Below, piece after piece: positions 1 through 13,090 of a DNA stretch of 64,000 bases. A program made the translations under genes and the position numbers. Source of the stretch: Cycas panzhihuaensis (taxonomy: Eukaryota; Plantae; Cycadophyta); NCBI GenBank assembly GCA_023213395.1, contig CM041465.1, forward strand, positions 169,639,741 through 169,703,740, given 5' to 3'. How positions within the stretch are numbered: the stretch's first letter is position 1; every line of letters begins with the position of its first letter. Below the pieces are notes generated by a model. The model was not told the DNA's origin and ran no database searches. It worked only from the letters and a program-made list of their open reading frames with translations.

Positions 1-2122
1 TATCACCCCTAAGGAGGCTTGGTTAGGCATTAAACTGATAGTTTCTCATCTAAAGACATTTGGATATACAACTTATAAATTCATCACCAAGGAGAACAAA
101 AAGAAATTAGATGATAAAAGCCTCAAGTATATTTTCTTAGGCTATATACCTAGCTACAAAGATTATAAAGTTTATGACATTGTTAGAAAACAAGTCTACA
201 CTACTCAAGATATAATATTTGCTTAAAATACTTAAGACTTGGATCTCTCACAAATCTAGTTTATAGTATTAAATGATATTGGTACATCTGAAGTCCTCTT
301 GTACTAATTATAAAGCCACCAACATCCATATCCCCCTACATGCCAGGTTCATCTTCAACTTTAACAACCTCAACATCTACACTAGATGTTAGCATATCAA
401 TGCCACCCATATCATTTGATGATATTTAAGTGGAGACCACTAGTTTTTAACCACCTCCTAAGTGAATTCAGTAATTGCTAAAAGATACTCCTTCTCCTCC
501 TCCCTCATCTTCTAAAAGAGAGTCTAAAATAAGGCACCCCACCAACTTCACCTTAATAACACATGTCCTTAAGACCACTAAGTCTTCTACATTTGAGGAG
601 GAAATTAAAGACCAAATATGAAAAGTAGCAATAGATGAAGAGATGAATTCTATCTTTAAGAACAACACATGGAATCTAATAGAACTACCACCTAGTAAAA
701 AACTAATTGATTGTTGACAGCTTTGCAAGACTAAATTTCATATAAATAGTACCATCAAGTGTCATAAAGCTTATCTAATTACAAGAGGTTTCAAATAGTA
801 AGAGGGAATAAACTATAATAAGACCTTTGCACTAGTATCCAACATAACCACATTTTATTTGGTTATGCCTCTTGTAACTCAATTCAACTAGCTTGTGTAC
901 CAAATAGATGTGAAAAGTGATTTCCTAAATGGAGAACTCACAAAAGAGGTTTCTTTGAAATAACCTCACGACTATGTTATTCTTGGTAAAGAATACCTAT
1001 TCTACAAACTCAAGAAAGTCCTATATGGATTGAAGTAGGTACCATGTACCTAGTATACAAAGATTGATGACTTTTTCATAAAGCATGGTTTCACTTATTT
1101 ACCCTCTGATTCAAATATATATATTCAAATTAGAAGTAACTTGATCACAATTATTGTGTTCTATGTAGATGACTTGGCAATCATAGGTAATGATAACGAA
1201 GTTATAGATTGGTTACAATTAAAACTCAAAAGTAGCTTTGAGATGATAAATATTAGATTCCTTCATTATTTCCTTGGTATTGAAGTATAGCAGGAACTAG
1301 GACATATATTTCTGTCACAATCTAGTTACTCTAATGAACTCTTGTAACTGTTCAGAAAGATTGACTACAATCTTATACCAACCCTAAAGAAAGTAGGAAC
1401 AAAGCTTAACTTGGATGAATAAAGAAAACCCTTTGATCCCACATTATACCAACAGTCGGTTGGGAGCCTTATCTACCTCACTTACACTCACATCGATATT
1501 TCTTACGTAGTTGGGATCTGTTCCAAGTACATGTCATAGCCCAAGGCATCGCATTAAAAGAACGTCAATAGAATTCTCAAGTATATTTGTGGCACACATC
1601 AGTTTAGACTTGACTATAACTAAACTAAATCTTTTATCCTAAAATGTTATATAGATGTTGATTGGGCAGGTTGCCAAGACATGCTATTTAATATCAAGAT
1701 ATTGTTTTGACATAGAGTCAGTTGTAATCTCTTAAAGCTGTAAGAAATAATCTAATATTACTCTCTTCTCCACTGAAACTAAATATAAAGCAATTATCCA
1801 TGCCACCACAGAGTTGATTTAGCTTAGAAGGATTCTTTCCAAGCTTGGACTTTAACAAACTTTAGCTACCATTCTCTATTGTAACAACCAAACTATATTG
1901 AAAATAATAAAGAATCCTATTTTCTATACTAGAACAAAGTATATAGAGGTCTATCATCATTTTATTCATGAGCATGTTCAAAACGGATAAGTTGACATTG
2001 TCTATTAACCAACTGAGGTCTAGGTTGCAGATATCTTCATTAAAGCACTTGGTAAACTGAAGTTTAAAAGGTTCATGCATGACTTTGACATCAAATTTAA
2101 TAAATCTATCATTAAGGGAGGG
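1..2122 (+). mobile_element. Degraded Ty1/Copia pol (integrase C-terminal SH3-like region, RT, RNase H), ending at a PPT
   Basis: Manual translation gives ITPKEAW..SHLKTFG..KKLDDKSLKYIFLGY, WKVAIDEEMNSIFKNNTWNL, QIDVKSDFLNGEL, FYVDDLAIIG, DVDWAG and VADIFIKAL, with many stops. PPT AAGGGAGGG at 2114-2122 is followed by TGTT. Confidence 0.93.
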
Positions 2123-2390
2123 TGTTAAAACATGTAATGATACTTTAGTTGTAAAATTATGTATAACATCTTTGTATTTGAATATTTTTTGTCATTATGT
2201 TTATAAATTGAGCATAAACCCTATGCTATATACATTAGAAAAATTATTATGCATAAGCTCTGCCAAAATTAAGAGTGATCAGTCAACCAATTTAGTGATT
2301 GTATTGTTCTGATATTTGTTTGCTCATTTATCTTGTGTTATTTTAGTTTCTACTCTTGATTTATATGTGAATACACATGTATTTGATCTT
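2123..2390 (+). repeat. 3' LTR of the Copia element (right boundary uncertain)
   Basis: Starts TGTTAAAACA directly after the PPT. No partner LTR in the window to fix the end. Confidence 0.55.
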
Positions 2391-3411
2391 GTCGATAAAT
2401 TTGTTAGAAATAATGGTAAATTGAAGACAAAAAAACGTATTCTATAATTTTTGAGTGGTTATACTATAGGTTTTAAGAAAATTTTATAAAAATTATAATA
2501 AATTTAATTTCGACTCACTTTTTATCACCACCATTAAAGTTAAATCTTCTATATCAACTTTAAATGATCATAACTTTAGTTATAGGTATACAATTAAGCT
2601 TAATGTTTTTTTTTTTATTGTATATGTTTTGAAGCTCACTTTCTATTAGAAGTAGCTTCAAATTAATTAGAGCTCTAAGTAGAAAGTTATCAACATTTTA
2701 TCAGATGGTACTAATACGGTCCCAAAAACCCTAAGACTTCTTAAAATGACTATATCTTTTAATACAAGTATCAAAATTTGATTCTATCTAAATTATTAGA
2801 ATCATAATTTAAATGTTGTAATTTTGAGTCATATTTTATGTATTTTGGAGCTATTTTATTTTAGATATTAAATTTTAATGTCATAAATTATTTTAAGTGT
2901 ATAATACTGTATAATGTATATTTTACACTTTTTTTAGGTTGTTTAGACTTTGGTTGCAAATCCATTACTCTTGAGGCTCTAATATCTCCTTTGTAATTAA
3001 AATATCTAAAAAAAGGAAATCACCGTAAAGGAACTTCTTCGTCCTTGTTTCCATGGGGCTTGATATTTAAATTTCCATATTTTGAGGGTAAGGGTCTTGG
3101 AGATTGGTGTTTTGGCTTTGAACAACTCTTTGCTCCTTATGATGATGACCTTAGGCTCCTCTACTTTAGGATGAATGGTCATATTTGGCTTTGTGATTAG
3201 ATTAATACTTTTAAGCAAGTCTTTGTAAAATATTACTATAATAATAATTGTAAAAATATTATATTTTTCATAGGATACTTAGAGGAGGACCTTTGCAAAA
3301 AGACTTTGGAATAATATGACTCACAACCATAATTAGATTGGGTATCTTTCAAGATAGGGCATCGAAAGAAAATAAAATATGTTATACACTTCAGTGGTCT
3401 TGACCAAAACC

Positions 3412-3665
3412 TTGGGGTTTTAGTGTAATAGTTTATTACAAGTGGTACCTAAGCTAAGGGCACAGGTTTAGTTCTCATAGGGGATGACTTTAGTAGAAGA
3501 TTAGCATAGTTATGTTCACCTGAGGCCTAATGAGGTATGAAATTACTAGGAGTGGGTCATTGAGAGTGGGTCACTGAGACATTGATGCCTTGTGAGGGAG
3601 GTAATATTACACACCTGAGAAGTCTTTACTAACACTTTAAGGTTTTGGTGTAACGGTTCATTACA
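3412..3665 (+). mobile_element. Possible TRIM-like non-autonomous LTR relic: LTR end, PBS-like site, about 160-bp internal region, PPT, internally deleted 3' LTR
   Basis: GGTTTTAGTGTAATAGTTTATTACA (ending about 3439) recurs as GGTTTTGGTGTAACGGTTCATTACA (about 3641-3665). The first copy is followed by AGTGGTACCTAAGC (degenerate iMet PBS). Purine run GAGGGAGG near 3594-3601. Confidence 0.4.
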
Positions 3666-4149
3666 GGATCTAGTAAGAAACTTCTTCATTTTAGTCTTTG
3701 TGATTCAATTACTTTTAATGACTAGCATGTAACTTTACCCATCTACTTTGAGGAGGTCAACTTGATAGTTGAATATGACAAGATTCTTCAAAGTCTTGAG
3801 CAATTAGAATTTGACATTTAGTGTTAGGCACATCAATAGTACTTTGCTTACATCGGGGTAAAATAGAATCTCCTCATTTTTGTTCTTCACTAGTACATTG
3901 AAGATCTCATTTCTATTCAAAATACATTTATGAAGAAAATGTCAAGCAAAAGGAAGAAGAAGAAGAAGACATAGGGGAAACTAAATCTCTTCAATCCCCA
4001 ATAATTGAGGTTAAAATTTCTTTTTCACCAACTTTAAACGAATAGACTAAAATCCCTTTGCTTGAAAGTGTAAGTATCAAGCAGACGCTCTCAACATTTA
4101 AGTTGTAGAAATATTTAGGCCCTAGTTTTTGTAGAACTTCTATTTATTA

Positions 4150-4852
4150 TACCATGGGACCAAACGTATTTTATGATGTTACTAAGTTGAATGGGTTGCC
4201 CTATTTTATTTATCACCCAACAAAGATTCCATATGGTATTTATCTTCCCTCACCAGTAAAGCAAAAGGTAATGATTTCTATTCAGGATCAAACCACTACA
4301 CTAGGCATCATGTCAACAACATGTGGTGGTCTAATGTATTTTTGTATTAAGAAGCTTTAAAGGCAAAACATCTAAAAGGGAAAAACATGTAGTGAGCTTC
4401 ACCACATATTAGAGGATTAATATATTAAGAGGTTAAGAAGGTTAAGGGTTAAATAGGTTAATGTTATGAGTATTCAATAATACGAAAAATGCATAATTAG
4501 TTAATTTAGCGATAAAATAATATAATAATGGGATGATCCTTCTATATACACGACACCCTACTCATTGTAATTTTAAGTTGTTAAATATAATCTTATTGGG
4601 GTTCATTTCAATTTCCTTTGGCTCTCTTTTGATGCTCTTCACTTCCATCTCACTCCATCCACCTCCATCCCTTTGGAATTCTTGCTCTTCTTCATATATT
4701 ATTACAGTTACAAGTGTTGTCATGTTTCAAACAAAGACTCAATACAAAAGTCATTCACATCATCTATCAAGCATTGATTGGTGATTAATAGGGCTGCAAA
4801 AGGAATCATTTCCTTGTGAATTAATGGTATAATTTATAAGTTATTTATTACA
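4150..4852 (+). mobile_element. 3' end of a degraded Gypsy element: PPT plus LTR (4388 to about 4852)
   Basis: TTTTGTATTAAGAAGCTTTAAAGGCAAAACATCTAAAAGGGAAAAACA|TGTAGTG matches the reverse complement of 14780-14840. LTR text resembles the reverse complement of 8170-8247 and 33460-33540. Ends ...TTATTACA. Confidence 0.55.
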
Positions 4853-5424
4853 AATATATGAATTGAACATGATATATAAACTTGAAAAATAAATTATCTA
4901 AAGTTTAAGAAGTAAGAAAGACTACAAGGGCTTTTATAGGACTTTTTATTTCCATATTTTTTTAAATAAAAAATAAATGAACTAAATTCCTTTAAAACAT
5001 TGCAAAACATATTAAGATTTTATAAAATATCTTATTATTGTGGTTAACTTTAAAATAATTTTTATGTAATATAATAATCAATTATAATATTTTAAATGAG
5101 AATCAACTTATAATGCTTAAATTTTTTATTTTATATATTAAACATATTTATGGAGTATACATGTTTATATAAAACAATGAATTATATTCATATGGAATAA
5201 TGCATGCCTTAAGGCTTTTCCTAATAGTAATTTGACTATCTATGTGACACATGTAACAAAACTCACAAACTCATTTGGTTGTAAAGATATGAATATATGA
5301 GGATGGATTTGTGTTTCTGTGTATGTCTCCATATAATATGTGAAAATATTTTTTATATACTTGCAAAATAAACTTTATGTTATATGTGCCCATTTTTATT
5401 TTTGCTAGTTTTTGAATATCACTT

Positions 5425-7117
5425 CAAATGAAGACCTTTGTTGTAATTATAAATCCATTTTTTCATGGTCTTCCTCTCCTTCGATCATTAAGATCTTTGT
5501 TATAATTGTGAACCCATTTTTACATGATCTTCCTCTCTTTTGATCGCTGTTCTTTGAGCCACTTTGGGTCATTAGGATACGAAAGTGTTAGATCTGCACA
5601 ACATGCACATGCATATAATGTATCATAAAAAATTTAGGACAAATTATGCTAAGAGTGAGAATATGATAATCAATCCCAAACTTTCCTATTTTAATGGTTA
5701 TAATTATTGCAATGCTATTAGATATACTCTCCAAGATATTGCAATTATGATGTGGATTTATAGGACTCGCTTTTGAAATGTGAATTCCATAAAATGATTG
5801 AGTAGGATGATGTGTGGTATTAAAAAAAAAACAAAATTATATGTTTACCCCTGCTACTCCACGGTTCCCACAAGGCATTACAGAAAATAATGTTACTCTT
5901 AAAGTGCTTCAACACTCTTTTTATGTCGTGCACAACAATAATATTATATTATAATTATAAATATGCAATTAAAAGGAATTAGCTCTCCAATAGAGCGATA
6001 ACATACTTACGTGGCCACCAAACTCGGATGTAATCCAATTTGGCCTAGGAAGCATTCTGCGTACGGTTTGAAATGAAATAAGGCTAAAAGGAACATTGTA
6101 GTATTTGGGGTCCAGCTTGTAGCCATGACCATTTCGGTGCATGCCTGGATGAAAATTAAATTATGTACGGAGATGGATGAGAAACAAATTAATTAATAAA
6201 AATAAAGACCGGCGGATGTTCGAAGTATAAGAACGGTGCAGAAAATGCCACCGCACCGATTGCAACGTGCGGATACTTCAGTAGCAAACCACGAAGCCGA
6301 CACTGCGTTATTAATTAATGAAATTTATGAAGTAATTAATACAATCCGTTCGAATTTGGCAAATTAAACGATAGCATTGATTGCTGGAAACATTCTTAAT
6401 GGGCGTAATGAATTACGGGCTGTCATGGGGCTCACTTCCACCGTACGATCCACCCGGCACGATGACCGGACAATCCTGGGCCGACCGATTCTCGAATCTA
6501 TGATGATGGTGGCGTAATCGGCCAATGCCTGTGTCGCGGTTAAATCACCCAGCGTGGTAGCATTCATGACCGAATCTTCTCCGCTTCCGAACGGCATTGA
6601 CTCTGATGCTGGAAGACAACATGAATCTGTTGGCCTCAAACATCGAACCAGAACTAAAACTATGGTGTATTTAACTAATAATTAATACCTCGACGTGGAC
6701 GAGGAGTGGCTTGAAGTGACGTGCGGTGTCAACCAGAAGCTCGTATAATACGCAGTTTACTCCATACTTGACTCGCCGCCTGTGTAGGCGAAGATTGGAG
6801 CGTTGTTCTGGAAACCTCCCCAGTACTCCGAGTTGAGAAGATATCTCTGCTGAAAGGTTTGATGGCTCTCCGTTCTGTAACTGAAACGATCGACGGTTTG
6901 TGTGAAATAACGTGACTCGTAGTGATTCATGTGCGCAGAAGCGTTATTCTTTTCGTTCGGCTTCCTCCTCGAGATGCCTCCAACGGCAGATAACAGAGGA
7001 CGTCGCGAAGAGCCGGAAGACGGTGGACGAGCGCTCGAGCAAACTGTTAATTCCGAAAGACACCCAGCAACCAACAGAGTGAACTGTGCAGATATTATAA
7101 CCTAACCCAAAGCCCAT
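5425..7117 (-). pseudogene. Serine carboxypeptidase S28 (lysosomal Pro-X carboxypeptidase-like) unprocessed pseudogene, 7 recognisable exons
   Basis: Exons at about 7117-6689 (signal peptide, YFTQTVDRF..FQQRYLLN..APIFAYTGGE..HFKPLLVHVE|GT), 6608-6436 (ESMPFG..QALADYA..PVIVPGGSYGG|GT), 6302-6210 (LKYPHVAIGAVAFSAPFLYF), 6144-6011 (ACTEMVM..PRPNWITSEFGGH|GT), 5927-5849 (DIKRVLKHFKSNIIFCNALWEPWS), 5738-5686 (ILESISNSIAII) and 5608-5425 (ACCADL..DPKWLKEQR). Multiple frameshifts and stops, broken 3' splice sites, central exons missing. Confidence 0.93.
5429..5546. repeat. About 59-bp tandem duplication in the last exon of the S28 pseudogene
   Basis: AGACCTTTGTTGTAATTATAAATCCATTTTTTCATGGTCTTCCTCTCCTTCGATC followed by AGATCTTTGTTATAATTGTGAACCCATTTTTACATGATCTTCCTCTCTTTTGATC. 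Confidence 0.85.
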
Positions 7118-7169
7118 CTTCCCCTCTTACGCTATAATTCCAATGTAACCTAATTTGGCTGATTTCCAG

Positions 7170-7330
7170 GGGCGTAATATATTGACGTCACCATGTGTTA
7201 GTTTTGACGCCGCAACGTCGCAAGAGAGCGTCAACGTACAGTCGTGTCGCGTTCAATGTATAAAGCTCTGACATTTATGTGGGGTTAAGGTTCTTCTATC
7301 GAACGGTCGGACGGAGACACGTGGCAGAGC
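7170..7330 (-). promoter_or_regulatory. Probable promoter of the S28 pseudogene with ACGT-core bZIP motifs
   Basis: TGACGTCA at 7183-7190, TTGACG at about 7205 and CACGTGGC (G-box/ABRE) at 7318-7325, in CpG-rich sequence upstream of the ATG at 7117. Confidence 0.45.
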
Positions 7331-7852
7331 GGCAGTCAGCTTGTGATTCGCATTATGAACATAAACGTCGTATAGACCCTTCATTTATCTTTAATGTAAA
7401 CAAAGGAGATGAACCTCTTCTCTTTTCTTGTTAGTTGCCACTATGCCAATTCTATCGTTATTAAATTAAATTCTTACAAATTATTAGTCACGAAAATGCG
7501 TGAGCATTTGATCATTTTATTTCACTTTGTTATTTTAAGAACCTATTGTTTATGTTAAATTGTTTGCTTACTCTTGCAACCAATGGGCAGATTATTTCTA
7601 AGAGTGGCACTCAAATCTCTAAAATTCAATCATTATCGATTAACATCCACATATATGATTAGACACATGTTAGAATTCATAAATGTTAATCGATAATATA
7701 ATTAATAATATAATTTATTCCTACATATTTATGTATTTATGCCATGTGAGATACATGCTTAAGGTTTGAAACTTAGAATATGATGCATAGAATATTTAAA
7801 TTTTGTGTTTTCTCCAACTACACGGACATCTCCATTCAAAATCAAAGATCCT

Positions 7853-8247
7853 TGTGATAAAAATAACACTTTAAAATAAGAACAAAAGAAATATTCATAA
7901 GCATCTTATAAATTTAGAATCAACCACCATAAGAAGAAACTTAATTATTACAAGTTAAACTTTGTAACCACAATAATAAAAGAGCAAAAAGGAAGAAGAT
8001 TGTCAAGAGATAGAAATATCACCAAAATGTGAACCAAAAGGGTCACTGAGGTGAACCTTAATAAATTGTATTCATAAACATATCAAGATGTCTTTACATA
8101 AGATGGAGGTATCATATTTATAAGATGACTACCAAGTATTATATTATACTACTAGTAAGTTACCCAATATCATATTCTTATTATTATTAAATACTCCTAC
8201 CTTATCCTTCTTAACCCTTAACCTTCTAACTTATTACACGTGATATG
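7853..8247 (-). repeat. 3' LTR of a minus-strand Gypsy element, split by the 8248-14774 insertion (its first about 11 bp lie at 14780-14790)
   Basis: Homologous to 33460-33540 and, as reverse complement, to 4388-4852. Ends ...TTATCACA on the minus strand at 7853. Confidence 0.6.
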
Positions 8248-8618
8248 TGTTAAAACATAATGTTTATCGTGAGTTCATGTATTTAGTTAAGTGTTTCCCT
8301 TAACTCTCATAAGTATATTTTATTGTAATATTGAGATGTGTGCATGTGATACATACCTATTCATATAAATGTTCAATTGGTTGATTTAAGAGTTCTTTTA
8401 TTTCATTGGTCAATTATAAGGTTAATTATGCTATAAGTATATATTCATGTTTAATATAATAATTTGGAAGGTGATTATTTTCCTATATCCTTGTTGTATT
8501 ATGTTTTATACATATTTCATTTATTATTTTATCTTTAATTCTCATACTTCTATCATATGTTACGTTTATATTTCTTATTAGGATTTTAAAGTAGTCTTTG
8601 AATCAATATATTTTAATA

Positions 8619-8629
8619 TGGTATCAGAG
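8619..8629 (+). promoter_or_regulatory. Primer binding site (tRNA-iMet)
   Basis: TGGTATCAGAG immediately after the LTR end. Confidence 0.85.
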
Positions 8630-9663
8630 TAGGATTGAATCTAACCTTATTTTTAACCTTTCAAGAACTTACAAAAGATTCAAGCCCATAGATCGTCAAT
8701 CGATCATGCCTGGAGTGATAGTCACCTATTAATATCCTAGATAGAGATAATACCACAACTGCCCATTGGAGATGTTGCCCTAATATACAACCAACGAAGA
8801 ATTAACTCGCCCACTGTAAATTAGAGAAATGCATCGCTACCATGAAGGCTTCCATTCACCCATTCCTGAAGAAGATTACATAAGCAATCCTATTACTAGA
8901 TTCATAGATCAATTATAGTTGGCCATTATGGTCAGAGATGAAGGTCACATGCCCATGTCCATAAATCCTCAATGGAGATGGATGCTATTCAGAATGGAGG
9001 TGAAGCCCATAAAGGGTTGCACAGATTAGAAATCGTCACAACCAATCGTAAAGAAACCCTTATGCCACTGCACAGTTATTTGAAGAAGATCTCTTATCAA
9101 TCTTACATGCAAAGATAAATTGTTGTGATACCTATTGCCAAATGTAGAGGGGCGTCTACCTATGTACTTGCCTAGTTGGAGAATCTTATCAGCATTCTTC
9201 ATGCAGATGAAGATCCACAAAAAGGAGGTCATATCACATCTATATGGAGACTATTGAAATCACCCGTGGGTCAACGAAGGCATGACAAAGGTGGATGCAT
9301 ATGTGGGTTCTAACCATAGTTTATGTTATCGATCATGCCCATCATATAGAGGGCACCACTTGATGCAAATTATTCTATCATGTAGGATCCATAATCATAG
9401 GTCGCTCAGTAGAATGGTTGCCTTATGCCTCTCCTTATAAAGAAACCTTAGATGTAGTAACCAATAAAGCCACATCACCATTCAAATTAAGATTAAGTAA
9501 CTGCCCTCTAGATCTACCCACAAGTAGAGCTCACCCACGTAGATTTCAATTAAGATCAAGATGGAAATCATGCCCTGATCACGCCATGATACCACAGAGA
9601 AATATAATCACCATGAATAATCCTTGACATAGAAGTAATTATAGCCAATCATATTTAGTCGAC

Positions 9664-12600
9664 CATGGAGTCTATCAGTCATTATATCGCCTGCACATAC
9701 AAATGGAGTTCGATCAAGATATTCAGTAAGAGATATCATTAGAAAAGAAATTTAGAAAAACCCTATGCATGTAGGAAAATTTCTTATGTAGTCATAATAT
9801 TTTCTAAAGTATAAAAAAATTGCATTTGATTTAAGAAATTTAATTATTTTTTATAATATTTGAGACTCGACAGTTGAGCTCCTTGCTAGTCAGTAGATGA
9901 TCATATGGTCAGCCCATGTGACTAGGTGTTAAACCCTAAGGGAGTGGAATCTAATTTACAACAAATTGAATTAGATATTTTTTTTATTTTTCAAAAAATA
10001 TTGTTTGATATTTGATTAAATTTTTGGATCCAAGCCTAGTTTCTAAAGGGGCATTCACTTTTTCATAGGTCACTGGCACTTTTCTTGGCATAATTTTTCA
10101 CAGGAATATCTAAATTTAGTGTCAACGGTTGCGTTGGATTCATTGTTTCAAGATGGTCCACATGGATGGTTGCAAGGCATACTTTAGAATTTAGAGGGTT
10201 GGTATTTTTATCAGTAAAAAGTTCATACAAATGTATAAAACTTTATAAAAAGTATATTTCATGATATTTTTCATATTTGATTTAAATATCATATAGTTTT
10301 TTAGCATTCTTAATAACATGGTAATATTATTTTTGTATTTAGAAGTAAGAATAATTATGCTTGGTTTAAATTTAAGTAAAAATTAATTATTTATATCAAT
10401 TTAAAGGCTCTTAAGAACCCTCTACACTTATGAGAGTTCTTTATTTATAAAATCACATATGATATTTACTTGTTGATAGTTGTATTACTATTTTTTAATA
10501 GAAGATGCTTCATAAAAGCATATATCCTGCTCCTATCCTTGAAAGAACCACAAATTAGTTACCTCAAACGAGAATAAATTAATCACAAATTGGTCGCTTC
10601 AGACATAAACATAACTGCTCAACTCATTTGCCTAAAGACTTGGTCTTGAAATGAAGTTAACTATTTGATTGATCCATATATCTAAAGGAGGTTTCTATTC
10701 AACTGGCGATTGCAACGACTAGTTACCAATGCATTCTGATAGATGGACCTTTCTTCATACAAACTTTAGTAGATTTTATTTACAGCTTGCAGATACAACT
10801 AATACCATTTGGAGTTAATCTTCATTTATTCTAGTATCTTCTATGTAATGTACATATGTAACACTAAACATTGTGAGGGGATGCTAAAACATAATGTTTA
10901 ATATAGGTTCATGTATTTAGTTAAGTTCTCCTCTTAACTCAGGTCAAGGAAAGGATCCATTTAGTGTCTTGGGAGAGAGTTTGCCTCCCCAAATGGGTGG
11001 GTGGGCTAAGACATCGCCTGCTTTAATAAAGCCCAGATTGCCAAATTAGGTTGGAGCTTTGTTGTTAAGGACGATAGATCCTGGTGCAAGATTATGGCCA
11101 GGAAATACCTTAGAGATAACCAGTATATGAAGAATAATGCTTCCGACAAGCAGTGTTCAGCAATATGGAGGAGTCTTGTTTATGTGAGGAAGATGTTAGT
11201 GTAAAGGGTTCGCTAGTGCCTAGGGGATGGAAAGATAATTGACTTCTGGGAGGATATTTGGTGTGGTCGACTCAATTCAATAAAAGGTCGACCCTTGAAC
11301 CCTTATAGGGTGTTTTTGAAAGTAATTACAGAAAAAAGGTGGAGAATTATTACGAGTCTTTTGAGGACCAGAAGGTTTGGAAAAACTTTAAAGATATCCA
11401 TTTTGAAGATGGGGAGCTTTATAAGGCAACTCTCAACGTACATAAGTCTATCAGTCGTTGTATTGCCTGCACATATAAATGGAGTTCGATCAAGATATTC
11501 AGTAAGAGATATCATTAGAAAAGAAATTTAGAAAAACCTTATACATGTAGGAAAATTTCTTATGTAGTCATAATATTTTCTAAAGTATAAAAAAATTACA
11601 TTTGATTTAAGAAATTTAATTAATTTTTATAATATTTGAGACTCGACAGTAGAGCCCCTTGCTAGTCAGTAGATGATCATATGGTCAGCCCATGTGACTA
11701 GGTGTTAAACCCTAAGGGAGTGGAATCTAATTTACAACAAATTGAATTAGATATTTTTTTTATTTTTCAAAAAATATTGTTTGATATTTGATTAAATTTT
11801 TGGATCCAAACCTAGATTCTAAAGGGGCATTCACTTTTTCATAGGTCACTGGCACTTTTCTTGGCATAACTTTTCACAGGAATATCTAAATTTAGTGTCA
11901 ACGGTTGCGTTGGATTCATTGTTTCAAGATGGTCCACATGGATGGTTGCAAGGCATACTTTAGAATTTAGAGGGTTGGTATTTTTATCAGTAAAAAGTTC
12001 ATACAAATGTATAAAACTTTATAAAAAGTATATTTCATGATATTTTTCATATTTGATTTAAATATCCTATAGTTTTTTAGCATTCCTAATAACATGGTAA
12101 TATTATTTTTGTATTTAGAAGTAAGAATAATCATGCTTGGTTTAAATTTAAGTAAAAATTAATTATTTATATCAATTTAAAGGCTCTTAAGAACCCTTTA
12201 CACTTATGAGAGTTCTTTATTTATAAAATCACATATGATATTTACTTGTTGATAGTTGTATTACTATTTTTTAATAGAAGATGCTTCATAAAAGCATATA
12301 TCCTGCTCCTATCCTTGAAAGAACCACAAATTAGTTACCTCAAACGAGAATAAATGAATCACAAATTGGTTGCTTCAGACATAAACATAACTGCTCAACT
12401 CATTTGCCTAAAGACTTGGTCTTGAAATGAAGTTAACTATTTGATTGATCCATATATCTAAAGGAGGTTTCTATTCAACTGGCGATTGCAACAACTAGTT
12501 ACTAATGCATTCTAATAGATGGACCTTTCTTCATACAAACTTTAGTAGATTTTATTTACAGCTTGTAGATACAACTAATACCATTTGGAGCTAATCTTCA

Positions 12601-13090
12601 TTTATTCCAGTATCTTCAATGTAATGTACATATGTAACACTAAACATTGTGAGGGGATGCTAAAACATAATGTTTAATATAGGTTCATGTATTTAGTTAA
12701 GTTCTCCTCTTAACTTAGGTCAAGGAAAAGATCCATTTAGTGTCTTGGGAGAGAGTTTGCCTCCCCAAATGGGTGGGTGGAAGAATAATGCTTCCGACAA
12801 GCAGGGTTCAGCAATATGGAGGAGACTTGTTTATGTGAGGAAGATGTTAGTGTAAAGGGTTCGATAGTGCCTAGGGGATGGAAACATAATTGACTTCTGG
12901 GAGGATATTTGGTGTGGTCGACTCAATTCAATAAAAGGTCGACCCTTGAACCCTTATAGGGTGTTTTTGAAAGTAATTACAGAAAAAAGGTGGAGAATTA
13001 TTACGAGTCTTTTGAGGACCAGAAGGTTTGGAAAAACTTTAAAGATATCCATTTTGAAGATGGGGAGCTTTATAAGGCAACTCTCAACGC
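9664..13090 (+). repeat. Recent about 1.78-kb tandem duplication (units about 9664-11440 and 11441-13090; the second unit has an about 125-bp deletion at 12780)
   Basis: Near-identical text at offset 1776, spanning the Copia leader, PPT, LTR start and the LINE 5' end. Confidence 0.92.

Noticed and set aside
4853-5420. AT-rich stretch, possible DNA-transposon relic
   Set aside because: No TIR pair, TSD or coding remnant could be identified.
6364-7074. ORF-track entries 6364-6639 and 6757-7074 as functional CDSs
   Set aside because: Partial exons of a frameshifted pseudogene; the real ATG at 7117 is out of frame.
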